DNA of 64,000 bases, taken from IMG/VR virus record IMGVR_UViG_3300034072_000926, positions 310,001 through 374,000 of that record; one strand, given 5' to 3'. Position numbers and translations under genes: made by a program. Below, in pieces: positions 42,709-51,207 of this stretch; the stretch's first letter is position 1; every line of letters begins with the position of its first letter. Under the pieces are notes generated by a model, which saw nothing but the letters and a program-made list of their open reading frames with translations, was not told the origin of the DNA and did no database searches.

Positions 42709-42897
42709 TTATTGCAAGTCATTCATTTGCTGTTCGAGGGCAACGGCAGATGCTTCGAACTTGACTGCGAGTCGCTGGTCAGCGGCAATGCGCCAGTCAC
42801 CGGGTTGATGGAGTTTCGCTTCCAGAATATGGAACGCAGCTTGGCGACGAAAGTTTGCGATGGCGGTTTCGAACTGTTCTCGAGTTGCGTGGGCCAT
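42709..42897 (-). CDS. Hypothetical protein
   Basis: AGGAGG RBS and own promoter inside the upstream ORF. Confidence 0.7.
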   Translation of the reverse strand: MAHATREQFETAIANFRRQAAFHILEAKLHQPGDWRIAADQRLAVKFEASAVALEQQMNDLQ

Positions 42898-43403
42898 ATC
42901 GTTTCCTCCTGCTGTTGTGCATCCACTTTACAGGAAACTGGATCCGTGTCAACAGAATAGGTGAGATCCAGGGCGATAAGATCGTTGAGATCATAGAAGC
43001 AGAACGACTGACCCGGTTTATCGGGGAAGGATACTTGGAAACAGGGCGTGTCATTCTTCCCCTGAGATCCAATCCAACGCTGACGTTCCTCCCATCCAAG
43101 TGTTGTGTGCTCATAGGGAATTGGAAACTCGTCCTTAGGCGCACGATCAAAGAAGATGACGCTCTTGATCATCCCTACCTTACCCTTGTGTAGCCAAGAC
43201 CAATGTTTGTGCTGCTCGCTTACAACGACATAGGCACCGACAACCAAACCCTCAAGGGCTGCTCGACCGCGATCATTGATCTCAACGTCGTAGAGATTGC
43301 GGGTCACGTGATTGCCAAGACCCGCGACATCATTTGTGAAACGATGTTTGCCAGTCTTCTGAATCTGCATGAGAAGCGAGATTTGGTCCGGAGATAGTGT
43401 CAT
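42723..43403 (-). CDS. Hypothetical protein with a read-through tail across the next cassette
   Basis: ATGA-coupled start; the last ~75 aa run over a promoter and out of frame over 42709-42897. Confidence 0.6.
   Translation of the reverse strand: MTLSPDQISLLMQIQKTGKHRFTNDVAGLGNHVTRNLYDVEINDRGRAALEGLVVGAYVVVSEQHKHWSWLHKGKVGMIKSVIFFDRAPKDEFPIPYEHTTLGWEERQRWIGSQGKNDTPCFQVSFPDKPGQSFCFYDLNDLIALDLTYSVDTDPVSCKVDAQQQEETIWPTQLENSSKPPSQTFVAKLRSIFWKRNSINPVTGALPLTSDSQSSSKHLPLPSNSK
42898..42952 (-). promoter_or_regulatory. Early promoter/RBS cassette inside an ORF
   Basis: TTGAC-N17-TAAAGT; arms atcca/tggat; AGGAGG. Confidence 0.75.
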
Positions 43404-43708
43404 GTCATATCACTCTTGCTGATCTTCTTGGGTTCGGCTTTCTTGTTCTGATACTGGAATTCTCCAGAGCCGTCAAGATGCTCAGTCTTCGAACCATCAT
43501 CCCAGGTCGTGTAAACCATTCCAGTCGAGGCAACCTTTCGGCTCACCACAAAACGAATGTTCGTCCACTCGTTTGCAGTCAAGTGAGCCTTAGCTTCTTC
43601 CTTCGACTTGTAGGGAACGCCCTGTTTGTCCTGGACGCGACCCACAATCATATGTTCGCCGCCAGCTTTACTCTTAGCCAGAACCCTGATTATTTCTTTT
43701 TCTTCCAT
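43400..43708 (-). CDS. Hypothetical protein
   Basis: 102 aa, tiles the operon. Confidence 0.65.
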   Translation of the reverse strand: MEEKEIIRVLAKSKAGGEHMIVGRVQDKQGVPYKSKEEAKAHLTANEWTNIRFVVSRKVASTGMVYTTWDDGSKTEHLDGSGEFQYQNKKAEPKKISKSDMT

Positions 43709-43857
43709 GCGTCACCGTGAATTGGATGTTCCCACCAAGGGCCTTCGTGATACCAAGTGAAAGGCTTCTTGCTCTGCTCGAGAATCTCTTCTACTCGCTT
43801 GGAACGTCTCGGCCAAATGCCGAAGATACTCATGAAGCCTTCCCAGAATTCTTTCAC
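43690..43857 (-). CDS. Small Trp-rich hypothetical protein (55 aa)
   Basis: Hand-translated MKEFWEGFMSIFGIW...WKKKK; GTGA overlap. Confidence 0.5.
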   Translation of the reverse strand: MKEFWEGFMSIFGIWPRRSKRVEEILEQSKKPFTWYHEGPWWEHPIHGDAWKKKK

Positions 43858-44078
43858 CTTGCGAGTTCCTGAGCCAGTTCCTCAGCGGTCATGCCGCTGT
43901 CATAGTCCAGACCAAGCTGACGCAAAGTGCGATTGTGGAGACGCATCGCTGCATCATCCTGCCCCAGTCCGGTCAGCTCTGCGATTCGATCCATTGCGAG
44001 AACGCGCCACTTTGTGAACGTGGTCTCGGCTTTGCCTTGTCCGTAGGTATTGGATTCCTTGGATTCCCAGATGTTCAT
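43854..44078 (-). CDS. Hypothetical protein
   Basis: GAGGAGG RBS; ATGA overlap. Confidence 0.7.
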   Translation of the reverse strand: MNIWESKESNTYGQGKAETTFTKWRVLAMDRIAELTGLGQDDAAMRLHNRTLRQLGLDYDSGMTAEELAQELAR

Positions 44079-44347
44079 CGTTTCCTCCTCTTTCCGAATA
44101 GCTTGTCGAACGGTCCGTCCATCCCAAAGGGGTTCTCGAACTTCTCCTCAAACTTTCCAAACGGATCGTTCTCGGCCTCTTCTTCGAGAATACGGATTCG
44201 TTCCTTCAAACGAGCATTGTCCTCTCGCACCCTCTGAACGTCAACGAGCGCATGATAGACTGCGGTAAGCCAAGCGCGCTTGACCTCGACTTTCTTGGCC
44301 TGATCGCCCGATATGGCTGCTCTCAGGGCGGTTAGGTCGACTTTCAT
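44075..44347 (-). CDS. Coiled-coil hypothetical protein
   Basis: Start moved to ATG 44347 (ATGA overlap). Confidence 0.65.
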   Translation of the reverse strand: MKVDLTALRAAISGDQAKKVEVKRAWLTAVYHALVDVQRVREDNARLKERIRILEEEAENDPFGKFEEKFENPFGMDGPFDKLFGKRRKR

Positions 44348-44502
44348 TTGATCTTCCTTCCCATGAGGAACATATGGACCAACATAGCTATCATACAAGC
44401 AAGAATCGCAAATACAAAGAAGCCTTCCATCGGGCCGATTTCCTTGTCACGGCGACGATGATAAGGATTAGAAGAGATTGCGACTATGGAGACCGGATTC
44501 AT
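44344..44502 (-). CDS. Small single-TM protein (52 aa)
   Basis: Hand-translated; ATGA overlaps at both ends. Confidence 0.55.
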   Translation of the reverse strand: MNPVSIVAISSNPYHRRRDKEIGPMEGFFVFAILACMIAMLVHMFLMGRKIK

Positions 44503-44609
44503 TTGATCTTCGCTGCCTGATATTCGGGAGACTTTGGACCAAAGGTCTCATAGGTGTATTGCACCCAATCGTCCATGAAATCCTGTTCATCAGTCTCGCA
44601 CTCTGGCAT
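44499..44609 (-). CDS. Small acidic protein (36 aa)
   Basis: MPECETDEQDF...KIK fills the gap in a coupled operon. Confidence 0.45.
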   Translation of the reverse strand: MPECETDEQDFMDDWVQYTYETFGPKSPEYQAAKIK

Positions 44610-44616
44610 GCGGTCG

Positions 44617-44943
44617 TCAGTCGATTGTTCGGTCGCCATCAACGCTATCCTTATACCGGCGGGCCCACTTCTCACACTTGGCGAGCAGAATGCTGTTGAT
44701 CTGTTCGTCCGTTGTCTCGGGCGCATGAAGGAAAATGATATCGAGAGCGCAAGCGATGACGTCAATGGCTTCACCCACGACACCATCCTTGCCTTCCTCG
44801 CCGCCTGCTCTAACGATTGCGATTTCCTCATTGAGTTCACGCAATTCATCCGAGGTGTGGCGACTTGCATCCTCGAGTTGGCGTCCATTCTCAATAAGAA
44901 ATGAGAAGTGACGCACGATGTCGATGGGGTTCTGTGTATCCAT
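44617..44943 (-). CDS. MazG-like (all-alpha) nucleotide pyrophosphohydrolase
   Basis: DELRELNEEI...GVVGEAIDVIACALD: ExxE...ExxD metal-binding pattern. Confidence 0.65.
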   Translation of the reverse strand: MDTQNPIDIVRHFSFLIENGRQLEDASRHTSDELRELNEEIAIVRAGGEEGKDGVVGEAIDVIACALDIIFLHAPETTDEQINSILLAKCEKWARRYKDSVDGDRTID

Positions 44944-44977
44944 ATCCTACCTTTAGCAGAATGTGGTTAGACGTCAA
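44944..44977 (-). promoter_or_regulatory. Early promoter with short leader
   Basis: TTGAC-N17-TAAAGG. Confidence 0.7.
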
Positions 44978-44983
44978 CCAGTT

Positions 44984-45400
44984 TTATGCCTCGGTCTTGA
45001 ACTGCGAATGGCGCTGCACATCAGTGTAGGCCCAGGTGCGGGGAGGGATGCCGCCGTTCTCAGCGACCATGCCGGCGATCCAGGGGTGGACCAGACCGTT
45101 CATCCGACAACGGAGATACATGAAGGGGAAGTATTCATCCCCGATGTTGACCTCGCGGGGATAGAAAGCACGGAGGGCCTGGGCAGCACCATAGTAGGTC
45201 TGCGCGATGTAGTGCATCCGGTGGTTAGCGCCGTGGACGACCTTCTCGCCGTCCTCATTCTCGTGAGGGAGATCGACCATGGAGTTCAGCGCATCAATGG
45301 CCTTCCAGACCAGATCCTCGAAGACCCGGTGCGAAGCCTGGCTATCGTCGAAGATCTTGATCTGTGCGTTGGTCGCGGGGTAGTTTCCGATCTTGGCCAT
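44984..45400 (-). CDS. Hypothetical protein
   Basis: Own cassette promoter and RBS. Confidence 0.75.
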   Translation of the reverse strand: MAKIGNYPATNAQIKIFDDSQASHRVFEDLVWKAIDALNSMVDLPHENEDGEKVVHGANHRMHYIAQTYYGAAQALRAFYPREVNIGDEYFPFMYLRCRMNGLVHPWIAGMVAENGGIPPRTWAYTDVQRHSQFKTEA

Positions 45401-45454
45401 TTGCTGTCTCCTGTTCCGTTATCGCTGTAATAACAGAACAGGAGAGCAAATCAA
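45401..45454 (-). promoter_or_regulatory. Early promoter/RBS cassette with dyad around -10
   Basis: TTGAT-N17-TATTAC; arms tctcctgttc+gttat/ataac+gaacaggaga (include RBS). Confidence 0.8.
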
Positions 45455-45963
45455 CCAGAAATTGAAGAAAAACGCCCTGATTCGATGTCATTGAAAAGAT
45501 TTTCAATGATCTGTTTGGCCGAAGTCAAATCGAGTGGTTGGATCGTTTGCACTTTTGCCGGAATGAGGCTCCGTGCAATGTTTAGCTGATTTCCGATATA
45601 GAGACCAACGATAAGCGAATCGCCGACTTTCTCTTGTTTGGTAATGATAGCAGGCGTAGAAGCAACCTGCAAATCCATTTCCCATCCGAGGTATTCTTGT
45701 TTGAAGCTCGTTGAGGTAACATTGACGAGATTGTTCACGTCAGACAGACCCCGCTCGCCGCCTATTTTGGGAGACTCGAAAGGCGTCCGAGGGTTGAGAG
45801 GATCGTTGGGTCCATAAACGAGTGTGAGATTTTCGCCGTCACTATCGAGTGAAACCCGAACTGAGTTATATCGATTTCGAACATTCTTGTTGAAGAACGT
45901 TGTCTCAATTCGAGTCTTCAACTCATCAAGGAAACCGATCTTCACCGACAAAACTTCAAACAT
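45451..45963 (-). CDS. Hypothetical protein
   Basis: 170 aa; GAGGTAGG RBS; promoter at 46022. Confidence 0.7.
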   Translation of the reverse strand: MFEVLSVKIGFLDELKTRIETTFFNKNVRNRYNSVRVSLDSDGENLTLVYGPNDPLNPRTPFESPKIGGERGLSDVNNLVNVTSTSFKQEYLGWEMDLQVASTPAIITKQEKVGDSLIVGLYIGNQLNIARSLIPAKVQTIQPLDLTSAKQIIENLFNDIESGRFSSISG

Positions 45964-46026
45964 ATCCTACCTCGTTAGTGTTTGTAATAATACAATTTAG
46001 ATAACGCTAAATTTTCACAATGTCAA
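45964..46026 (-). promoter_or_regulatory. Sigma70-type promoter
   Basis: TTGAC-N17-TTATCT; no clear dyad. Confidence 0.55.
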
Positions 46027-46045
46027 CCGACATTAGGAGCGAATC

Positions 46046-46345
46046 TCACCTACCCGGAAGATACCTCAGGATCCACTTGGGATAGCCCTCAGGCGTCATA
46101 ATGATGTCGGGAATTGCCACGGCATCATTGCCAGTTTCGACCCAACCGTTACCGAGACAGTGGTCACAGATCGACCGCTTGCTTCGCATACTGATCAGAC
46201 ATATCTCGCGGTTCCACTGCCCGTGCCCCTTGCATGTTGGACACTTTGCGTCGAGCGTCGCACCACGCGCCGCAAGTGGAATACAGGTGAACGCATGGGG
46301 ATCGTCGACCCCAGTAGTGATGTGAACTTTCGACGGGTGACTCAA
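46046..46345 (-). CDS. Zn-finger protein (CxxCxGxG pairs)
   Basis: CPTCKGHG...CDHCLGNG; TTGA overlap start. Confidence 0.65.
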   Translation of the reverse strand: MSHPSKVHITTGVDDPHAFTCIPLAARGATLDAKCPTCKGHGQWNREICLISMRSKRSICDHCLGNGWVETGNDAVAIPDIIMTPEGYPKWILRYLPGR

Positions 46346-46728
46346 TTTGTTTCCTCTTCGATAAATTCCTGCCAGAGCTCGCCGGTCCACTCATAGACGC
46401 CAGCAAGTGGTCCCTTTGGAATCGTCAGCGTGGCACCGCGGAACATTGCTCCCTGCGACCGAACCACCAGAAACGCCCATGAATGATCCGTTACCCTTAC
46501 ATGCTTGAGATGTTCAGGCATAGTGATGACGGTGCGGCCACAGTCGAACCCCAGACCCTGTTCGGGACCGATAGTGCGAGCCGGTATACGGGGCGGCGGG
46601 GGAGGTGGCGGGGGAGGAATGTATGGCGACCGCAGCCAAATGGGACGGTATTCAGGCGAGTCGGGATGATCCGCCGAACCGTTCGTCCATCGTGGATAGT
46701 TCCAGAAATCGAGGGGTTCGGGGGTCAT
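46342..46728 (-). CDS. Pro-rich hypothetical protein
   Basis: ATGA overlap; PPPPPPPP run. Confidence 0.65.
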   Translation of the reverse strand: MTPEPLDFWNYPRWTNGSADHPDSPEYRPIWLRSPYIPPPPPPPPPRIPARTIGPEQGLGFDCGRTVITMPEHLKHVRVTDHSWAFLVVRSQGAMFRGATLTIPKGPLAGVYEWTGELWQEFIEEETN

Positions 46729-47000
46729 TGCAGTTCAATGCCCAATTCGATCATCAGCGCATCCAATTCGGATTCGCCACCGATATAGAAGCCCGTCATG
46801 TTGCAGCCCAGGTCAGCCCAAACATTCACCTTGTCTGCGCTAATACGGAGCCCGTAGCCGCCATCGGTCATTGAAGACCGAACACCTTTGTATTCCCAGG
46901 AATCAACGCTGGGACTGGGCTTCTCAGCAAGGGAGCCTTCCCGCTTGATAAAGCGATGGATAGCTTCGACCTTTGCTGCAATGCCTGCGTCGGGAACCAT
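46725..47000 (-). CDS. Hypothetical protein
   Basis: Own cassette. Confidence 0.75.
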   Translation of the reverse strand: MVPDAGIAAKVEAIHRFIKREGSLAEKPSPSVDSWEYKGVRSSMTDGGYGLRISADKVNVWADLGCNMTGFYIGGESELDALMIELGIELQ

Positions 47001-47058
47001 GTTCGATCTCCTGTTTGTGCCTATATGTTCACAATAAAGGAAATAGGTGGAAAGTCAA
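47001..47058 (-). promoter_or_regulatory. Early promoter/RBS cassette
   Basis: TTGAC-N17-TATTGT; arms cctat/atagg; AGGAGATCG. Confidence 0.8.
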
Positions 47059-47063
47059 CACCT

Positions 47064-47282
47064 TTATTCAGTTTCTCCGAGGGCCCATTTGCTGTAAGAC
47101 ATGCCGCGAGCGCGGCGCATACGAGCAAGCTTGATGTCGGCTTCGGTCGGACCACGCGCAATTCGAGCAGCTTCGACCGCGTCCTGATGCTTCTGCAGAG
47201 CAGCAATTGCGCCATCTACGTCGCCGGTCATGATCGCATAATCCATTGCGCGAGAAATGGGGTTCCGAGTCCTACGTGCCAT
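47064..47282 (-). CDS. Basic hypothetical protein
   Basis: Own cassette. Confidence 0.75.
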   Translation of the reverse strand: MARRTRNPISRAMDYAIMTGDVDGAIAALQKHQDAVEAARIARGPTEADIKLARMRRARGMSYSKWALGETE

Positions 47283-47336
47283 TTGTTAACTCCTGCTGTT
47301 GTGTCTCCACTTTAGCAGAAACTGGAGAGGAGTCAA
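47283..47336 (-). promoter_or_regulatory. Early promoter/RBS cassette with dyad
   Basis: TTGAC-N17-TAAAGT; arms tctcca/tggaga. Confidence 0.8.
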
Positions 47337-47359
47337 CACCTATTCTCCATACATCCATA

Positions 47360-47758
47360 TTATACCGCGTAGTCGGGATCCAGAGTGCAGAGATCGTGGC
47401 CGAGGTCGCGAACATAGGAATCATTCCGATTCGCGCTGTTGATCAGCCGGGCGCAAGTCGTGCAATAATACCGCTGGGTGGAATGGTTATACCAATACGC
47501 ACCAGGGGCTTGACACGCCTCACGATTGCAGTTCTTCCCCTTCTCGCCCTTGCCTTCGCCGTGGGGCTTGTCGGTCTGCAGATTGTCAATATATTCGGCC
47601 GACATATAGACGCCTTCGGGCGAAGTATATCCCTGCGTCTTTTTTGGTTCAGGTTCGCGACCGAGCCGAACATCAGGGTAGATGAATTTGGCCTTGCGAT
47701 TGAGACGAGCAGCGCGCATCTGGTTGAAGGTCTTGGGCATCTTGCGAAGCTTGGCCAT
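47360..47758 (-). CDS. Cys-containing (Zn-binding-like) hypothetical protein
   Basis: CNREAC...YYCTTCA; start moved to ATG 47758 after AGGAGATCG. Confidence 0.75.
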   Translation of the reverse strand: MAKLRKMPKTFNQMRAARLNRKAKFIYPDVRLGREPEPKKTQGYTSPEGVYMSAEYIDNLQTDKPHGEGKGEKGKNCNREACQAPGAYWYNHSTQRYYCTTCARLINSANRNDSYVRDLGHDLCTLDPDYAV

Positions 47759-47815
47759 ACGATCTCCTGTTGTTTCCTGTTGTCTTACGTTTAACAGGTG
47801 TGACCCTGCTGTCAA
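47759..47815 (-). promoter_or_regulatory. Early promoter/RBS cassette with dyad
   Basis: TTGAC-N17-TAAACG; arms cctgtt/aacagg. Confidence 0.8.
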
Positions 47816-47821
47816 CCAGTA

Positions 47822-47989
47822 TTAGATACGGCTGATAACCAGTTTTGCACCCGGAGGGGCGACGCTCATTTGCTTATGGATAGGACGACCCATCGCGAAA
47901 TCAGTCGAGTTGTAGCGATAATCCCAAGTCCCCCAACGATGCACGTAGGTGACCTTGTAGCCGAACAGCCTGAGAATCTTACGAAACAT
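47822..47989 (-). CDS. Small hypothetical protein (55 aa)
   Basis: Hand-translated MFRKILRLFGYKVTY...; AGGAGA RBS and own promoter. Confidence 0.65.
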   Translation of the reverse strand: MFRKILRLFGYKVTYVHRWGTWDYRYNSTDFAMGRPIHKQMSVAPPGAKLVISRI

Positions 47990-48035
47990 AAAATCTCCTT
48001 TCCAGTTTTGATAACACAGGTGAGATTATAATCAA
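47990..48035 (-). promoter_or_regulatory. Early promoter/RBS cassette
   Basis: TTGAT-N17-TATCAA; arms aatctc/gagatt. Confidence 0.75.
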
Positions 48036-48079
48036 CCACATTATTGACTAGAGTAGAATGGAGGTTTTAGCAAAGATAT

Positions 48080-48466
48080 ATGAGTGATTCAAATGACCAA
48101 GCCCTAATCAAAGTCGCAATAGAACTGCGGCAAATTGAGAATGCCATTCAGGTGGCCGGATTAGTCAAGAACATCCAGGCAAGGATAAAATCGTGTGTTG
48201 ACCATATTAGGAACGGTCATGGCAATACACCGGCCGACAATAGGGACCCTAAGAAAGCCCTCACCGATATTGTGCTATCCGACAACTGCGCGGTGCCGAT
48301 GAAACACTACGTGGGCTTCCTACGTGGTTTACAAACTGATTTTGCTGAGGTGGACGAGTTTCTCGAGAAGTCGAAGGCGCGACAGCTAGAGTTGCAAAAG
48401 CTCGTAGATCTCTATACAGCAGGTCAAGATATCGTTGCTGCGAAGCTGAAAGGGCTTGACGAGTGA
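48080..48466 (+). CDS. Helical/coiled-coil hypothetical protein
   Basis: 128 aa, GGAGG upstream; opposite strand to its neighbours. Confidence 0.65.
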   Translation: MSDSNDQALIKVAIELRQIENAIQVAGLVKNIQARIKSCVDHIRNGHGNTPADNRDPKKALTDIVLSDNCAVPMKHYVGFLRGLQTDFAEVDEFLEKSKARQLELQKLVDLYTAGQDIVAAKLKGLDE

Positions 48467-48675
48467 ACTGGATCTATCGTGCAAATCGTTGGTATGATGA
48501 CCTCGATGATACACATCCGAATCTGCGTTTTCTCTTGTTCTTCATCCCCGCAGGCATTCTGCTAGGGATGATAACCCAATCCTATAGCATGACACTTACC
48601 TGGATTGGACTGACAGGTTTCGGTATTGGTTCAATCCTTCGTATCCTGTATTTCTACCGTCCTCGGAAGTCATAA
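48463..48675 (+). CDS. Small 2-TM membrane protein
   Basis: GTGA overlap; two hydrophobic segments. Confidence 0.65.
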   Translation: MNWIYRANRWYDDLDDTHPNLRFLLFFIPAGILLGMITQSYSMTLTWIGLTGFGIGSILRILYFYRPRKS

Positions 48676-48707
48676 GGAAACCGGGCCTAAGCCCGGTTCC
48701 CCTTTTT
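48676..48707 (+). terminator. Rho-independent terminator
   Basis: aaccgggc-ctaa-gcccggtt then CCCCTTTTT. Confidence 0.65.
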
Positions 48708-48709
48708 CC

Positions 48710-49030
48710 TTAGCGTTCCGAAACGCTGCCGCCGGCGGCCTGGGGCTTGCCCGGGACATTGATCTGCTGTTCGCAGGGGTTGAGGCGCAGCCAGCCGTGC
48801 TTGATGGGTTCGACCTTGAAGAAGCGCAGGTCACCGAGCGTTTCGGCGGACAGCGACACGCGCTTGCCGGGAATAGCCTGGCTCTTGTTGCGCAGGTCGA
48901 CCAGGTCACGACCGTTCACGCGGTTCGTGGGGCGGATTTCGATCACACCGTCGACAGTGCGGAGGCGGATCTTGGTCATGCCGGTCATCAGTTCCGAAGC
49001 GGCCTTGTTGAAGTTTACAACCTTGTTCAT
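48710..49030 (-). CDS. Basic hypothetical protein
   Basis: Own cassette. Confidence 0.75.
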   Translation of the reverse strand: MNKVVNFNKAASELMTGMTKIRLRTVDGVIEIRPTNRVNGRDLVDLRNKSQAIPGKRVSLSAETLGDLRFFKVEPIKHGWLRLNPCEQQINVPGKPQAAGGSVSER

Positions 49031-49091
49031 TTTCGATCTCCTGTTTGCGTTTCCGATAAAACAGTGATAACAGAAACTGGAAACCGATCAA
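49031..49091 (-). promoter_or_regulatory. Early promoter/RBS cassette with dyad
   Basis: TTGAT-N17-TATCAC; arms gtttcc/ggaaac; AGGAGATCG. Confidence 0.8.
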
Positions 49092-49151
49092 CCAGAAAAT
49101 CTCCAGTTATTCACTTTTATGGGTTAACTGAAAGGGTTAATAGAAAGGCCC

Positions 49152-49175
49152 AAAAGAAAAGGGCCCGAAGGCCCT
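49152..49175 (-). terminator. Rho-independent terminator (UUCG loop)
   Basis: agggcc-TTCG-ggccct then TTTCTTTT on minus. Confidence 0.8.
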
Positions 49176-49179
49176 CCCC

Positions 49180-49551
49180 TTACTTGCTGCCGAAAAGCTT
49201 GCGGAAGTTCTCCGCAGCATTGAGGCGCTTGATGATTTCCGTCTTGGTCAGGAAGCGGACGTTCTGGCTATGGTAAGCGTCACCATAGGGCAGATGGATG
49301 AGGAAGAACTTCTCGCGCAGGTTGCTGCCGCGCGGCGCCTCGAAGACCATATAGTCTGCGGAACCGTCTGCGACGCCCTCGCTATAGACTTTGCCACTGT
49401 TGGGCCCCGTGTAGCCCTGGTCGCCGTAGAACTTCTTCAGAGCCGCTTTGTGGGCAGCTTCGGCCGCCATTTCCTTCTCCCGATTGTAGTTCATGTAGTC
49501 CACCTTCGGGGCGGGCACTTCGTCGGGAAGCCGGTAAATCTTGACTGCCAT
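49180..49551 (-). CDS. Hypothetical protein
   Basis: Start moved to ATG 49551 after GGAGATCG. Confidence 0.8.
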   Translation of the reverse strand: MAVKIYRLPDEVPAPKVDYMNYNREKEMAAEAAHKAALKKFYGDQGYTGPNSGKVYSEGVADGSADYMVFEAPRGSNLREKFFLIHLPYGDAYHSQNVRFLTKTEIIKRLNAAENFRKLFGSK

Positions 49552-49613
49552 TTTTCGATCTCCACTTTGTTGTTCCGATAACTCTGTTCTAGCACCAACC
49601 AGAATAGAGTCAA
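49552..49613 (-). promoter_or_regulatory. Early promoter/RBS cassette with dyad around -10
   Basis: TTGAC-N17-TAGAAC; arms actctgttct/agaatagagt (10 bp, 1 G-T). Confidence 0.8.
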
Positions 49614-49617
49614 CCAC

Positions 49618-49839
49618 TCAGGCAAATTTATTTCGGATGATCCGACCGTCTTCGACCCCGGTATCATAGCGGATCGGTCGTTCATACATGCCATGTTCGT
49701 CCCGATTGACCACGATCCAAAGGCCTTGAGATGAAAGGCTCACCGACTCATTGTAGCCGATATTCACCCCAACTGGCCAATGACCAACAAGGTTTTCTGC
49801 TGCGAGTGCTTCGTTGAGGGTTGGGAACCAGTTTTTCAT
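49618..49839 (-). CDS. Hypothetical protein
   Basis: Own cassette. Confidence 0.75.
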   Translation of the reverse strand: MKNWFPTLNEALAAENLVGHWPVGVNIGYNESVSLSSQGLWIVVNRDEHGMYERPIRYDTGVEDGRIIRNKFA

Positions 49840-49900
49840 AAACAGTCTCCACTTTGTTGTTCTGATAAACAGACAATAGCAGAAACTGGATCCTAGTCAA
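49840..49900 (-). promoter_or_regulatory. Early promoter/RBS cassette
   Basis: TTGAC-N17-TATTGT; arms ttctg/cagaa. Confidence 0.8.
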
Positions 49901-49906
49901 CCAGTT

Positions 49907-50209
49907 CTACACCAGGATATAATCTTTTTCCCGATACTTCCGAGAATGCTTGGGATAGAGTTCAAGGAGGTCCCATTCTTCCTGGGTGAGAAGCGTCCGC
50001 AGTTTCTCCCATGCGGCTTCGGTCGGCGGATGGGTGCGGGTCTTCTTCTGTTCTGCGACGATTACCGCTTCTCGATAGTCCTCACAGAACTTTGTGCCAT
50101 AGGCCTGATAGTTGCTTGCCCCACAATGTTCGCAGTAGTCTGCAGGGTCATAGCCACAGCTAGAGGCGCGCCACTTGTGTTCTGTTTTGACTTCGATTTT
50201 ATCTACCAC
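49907..50209 (-). CDS. Cys-containing hypothetical protein
   Basis: YCEHCG; tiles the operon. Confidence 0.6.
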   Translation of the reverse strand: MVDKIEVKTEHKWRASSCGYDPADYCEHCGASNYQAYGTKFCEDYREAVIVAEQKKTRTHPPTEAAWEKLRTLLTQEEWDLLELYPKHSRKYREKDYILV

Positions 50210-50556
50210 TGTCCGTGACCCTCGCTGGAAAAGGGATGGATGGTCGCCTCATATTCGTGGCGAGCACAATACCATTCAATCCCGTCGGCGGTGTGAACAC
50301 CGTTGATCGCGGGTTCACCACAGGTATCGCAGACCTTGTGCTTCATCGGCGATCGACCATCGTGGCGGGGATATTTCTTGCTGGGCTTGCTGTTGCCCCT
50401 GTGACCGGGACCACTTGCGCCACCGCTCTGAACCTGTTTGATTGCTTTGCAGGACTTAGAGCAGAATAGCGCCCAACCGCGGGCACGGTCTGCTGTCCTT
50501 GCCGTGAAGGGCTTCTGACAACCCTTGCAGATATATTGTGCGGTTGCGCCGGCCAT
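50203..50556 (-). CDS. Zn-finger protein
   Basis: CKGC...FCSKSC, CDTC...C..H; TAATG overlap. Confidence 0.7.
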   Translation of the reverse strand: MAGATAQYICKGCQKPFTARTADRARGWALFCSKSCKAIKQVQSGGASGPGHRGNSKPSKKYPRHDGRSPMKHKVCDTCGEPAINGVHTADGIEWYCARHEYEATIHPFSSEGHGQW

Positions 50557-50738
50557 TACTTCTTCCCCTTCACTTCGACCCAGCGAATTTCGTAGCGGTC
50601 GCGGTTGATGGACTGGAGGAACTTTGCACCGGCGGTGCTGATCTCGTTGAATTTGTTGAAACCAAAGACCTGTTCGTCCTGCCAGGATGCTTCGTCCTGT
50701 GCGCCGAGTCTGTGTCTGGTTTGCAACATCTTCTTCAT
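50556..50738 (-). CDS. Hypothetical protein
   Basis: Own cassette. Confidence 0.7.
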   Translation of the reverse strand: MKKMLQTRHRLGAQDEASWQDEQVFGFNKFNEISTAGAKFLQSINRDRYEIRWVEVKGKK

Positions 50739-50796
50739 ATCGATCTCCGCGTTTGCTTTGTTGTTCTCTTGATAACAGAATTGGCGACTAAATCAA
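50739..50796 (-). promoter_or_regulatory. Early promoter/RBS cassette
   Basis: TTGAT-N17-TATCAA; GGAGATCG; dyad weak. Confidence 0.75.
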
Positions 50797-50805
50797 CCTG
50801 TTTCC

Positions 50806-51207
50806 TTAGAATCCCTCCAGATCTACCATCGAGATCCTGGTCTTGAACTTGGCGCAATCCGCTTCGTTCCAGCGTTCCCATGCCGTCAGTTCACATTCTT
50901 CTGCTTCGAACCAGGTCTTGGTCGGGAAGATCAGGATATTGCGGAAGCGCAGGGTAAAAAGCGCCTGCGAGAACCGGGACACGAAGCAAGCAAAGCCAGT
51001 CGGGCTGAGCTCTTCCATGCCGGAGACAACCGTTGCCATCTTGTCATCGAAGAGCGCGTCGTCATTGCAGTCGAGGACGCGGTGGGGAACCGAACCGAGG
51101 GCCTTGCTGATATCTTCGGGCTTCGCGCCGTCAATCGCAATCTGCATCGCGTGACCACTGGCCGTATCGGAAATCTTCTGCAGGACTTTAGCGTTGATGG
51201 TAACCAT
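50806..51207 (-). CDS. Hypothetical protein
   Basis: Own cassette. Confidence 0.75.
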   Translation of the reverse strand: MVTINAKVLQKISDTASGHAMQIAIDGAKPEDISKALGSVPHRVLDCNDDALFDDKMATVVSGMEELSPTGFACFVSRFSQALFTLRFRNILIFPTKTWFEAEECELTAWERWNEADCAKFKTRISMVDLEGF

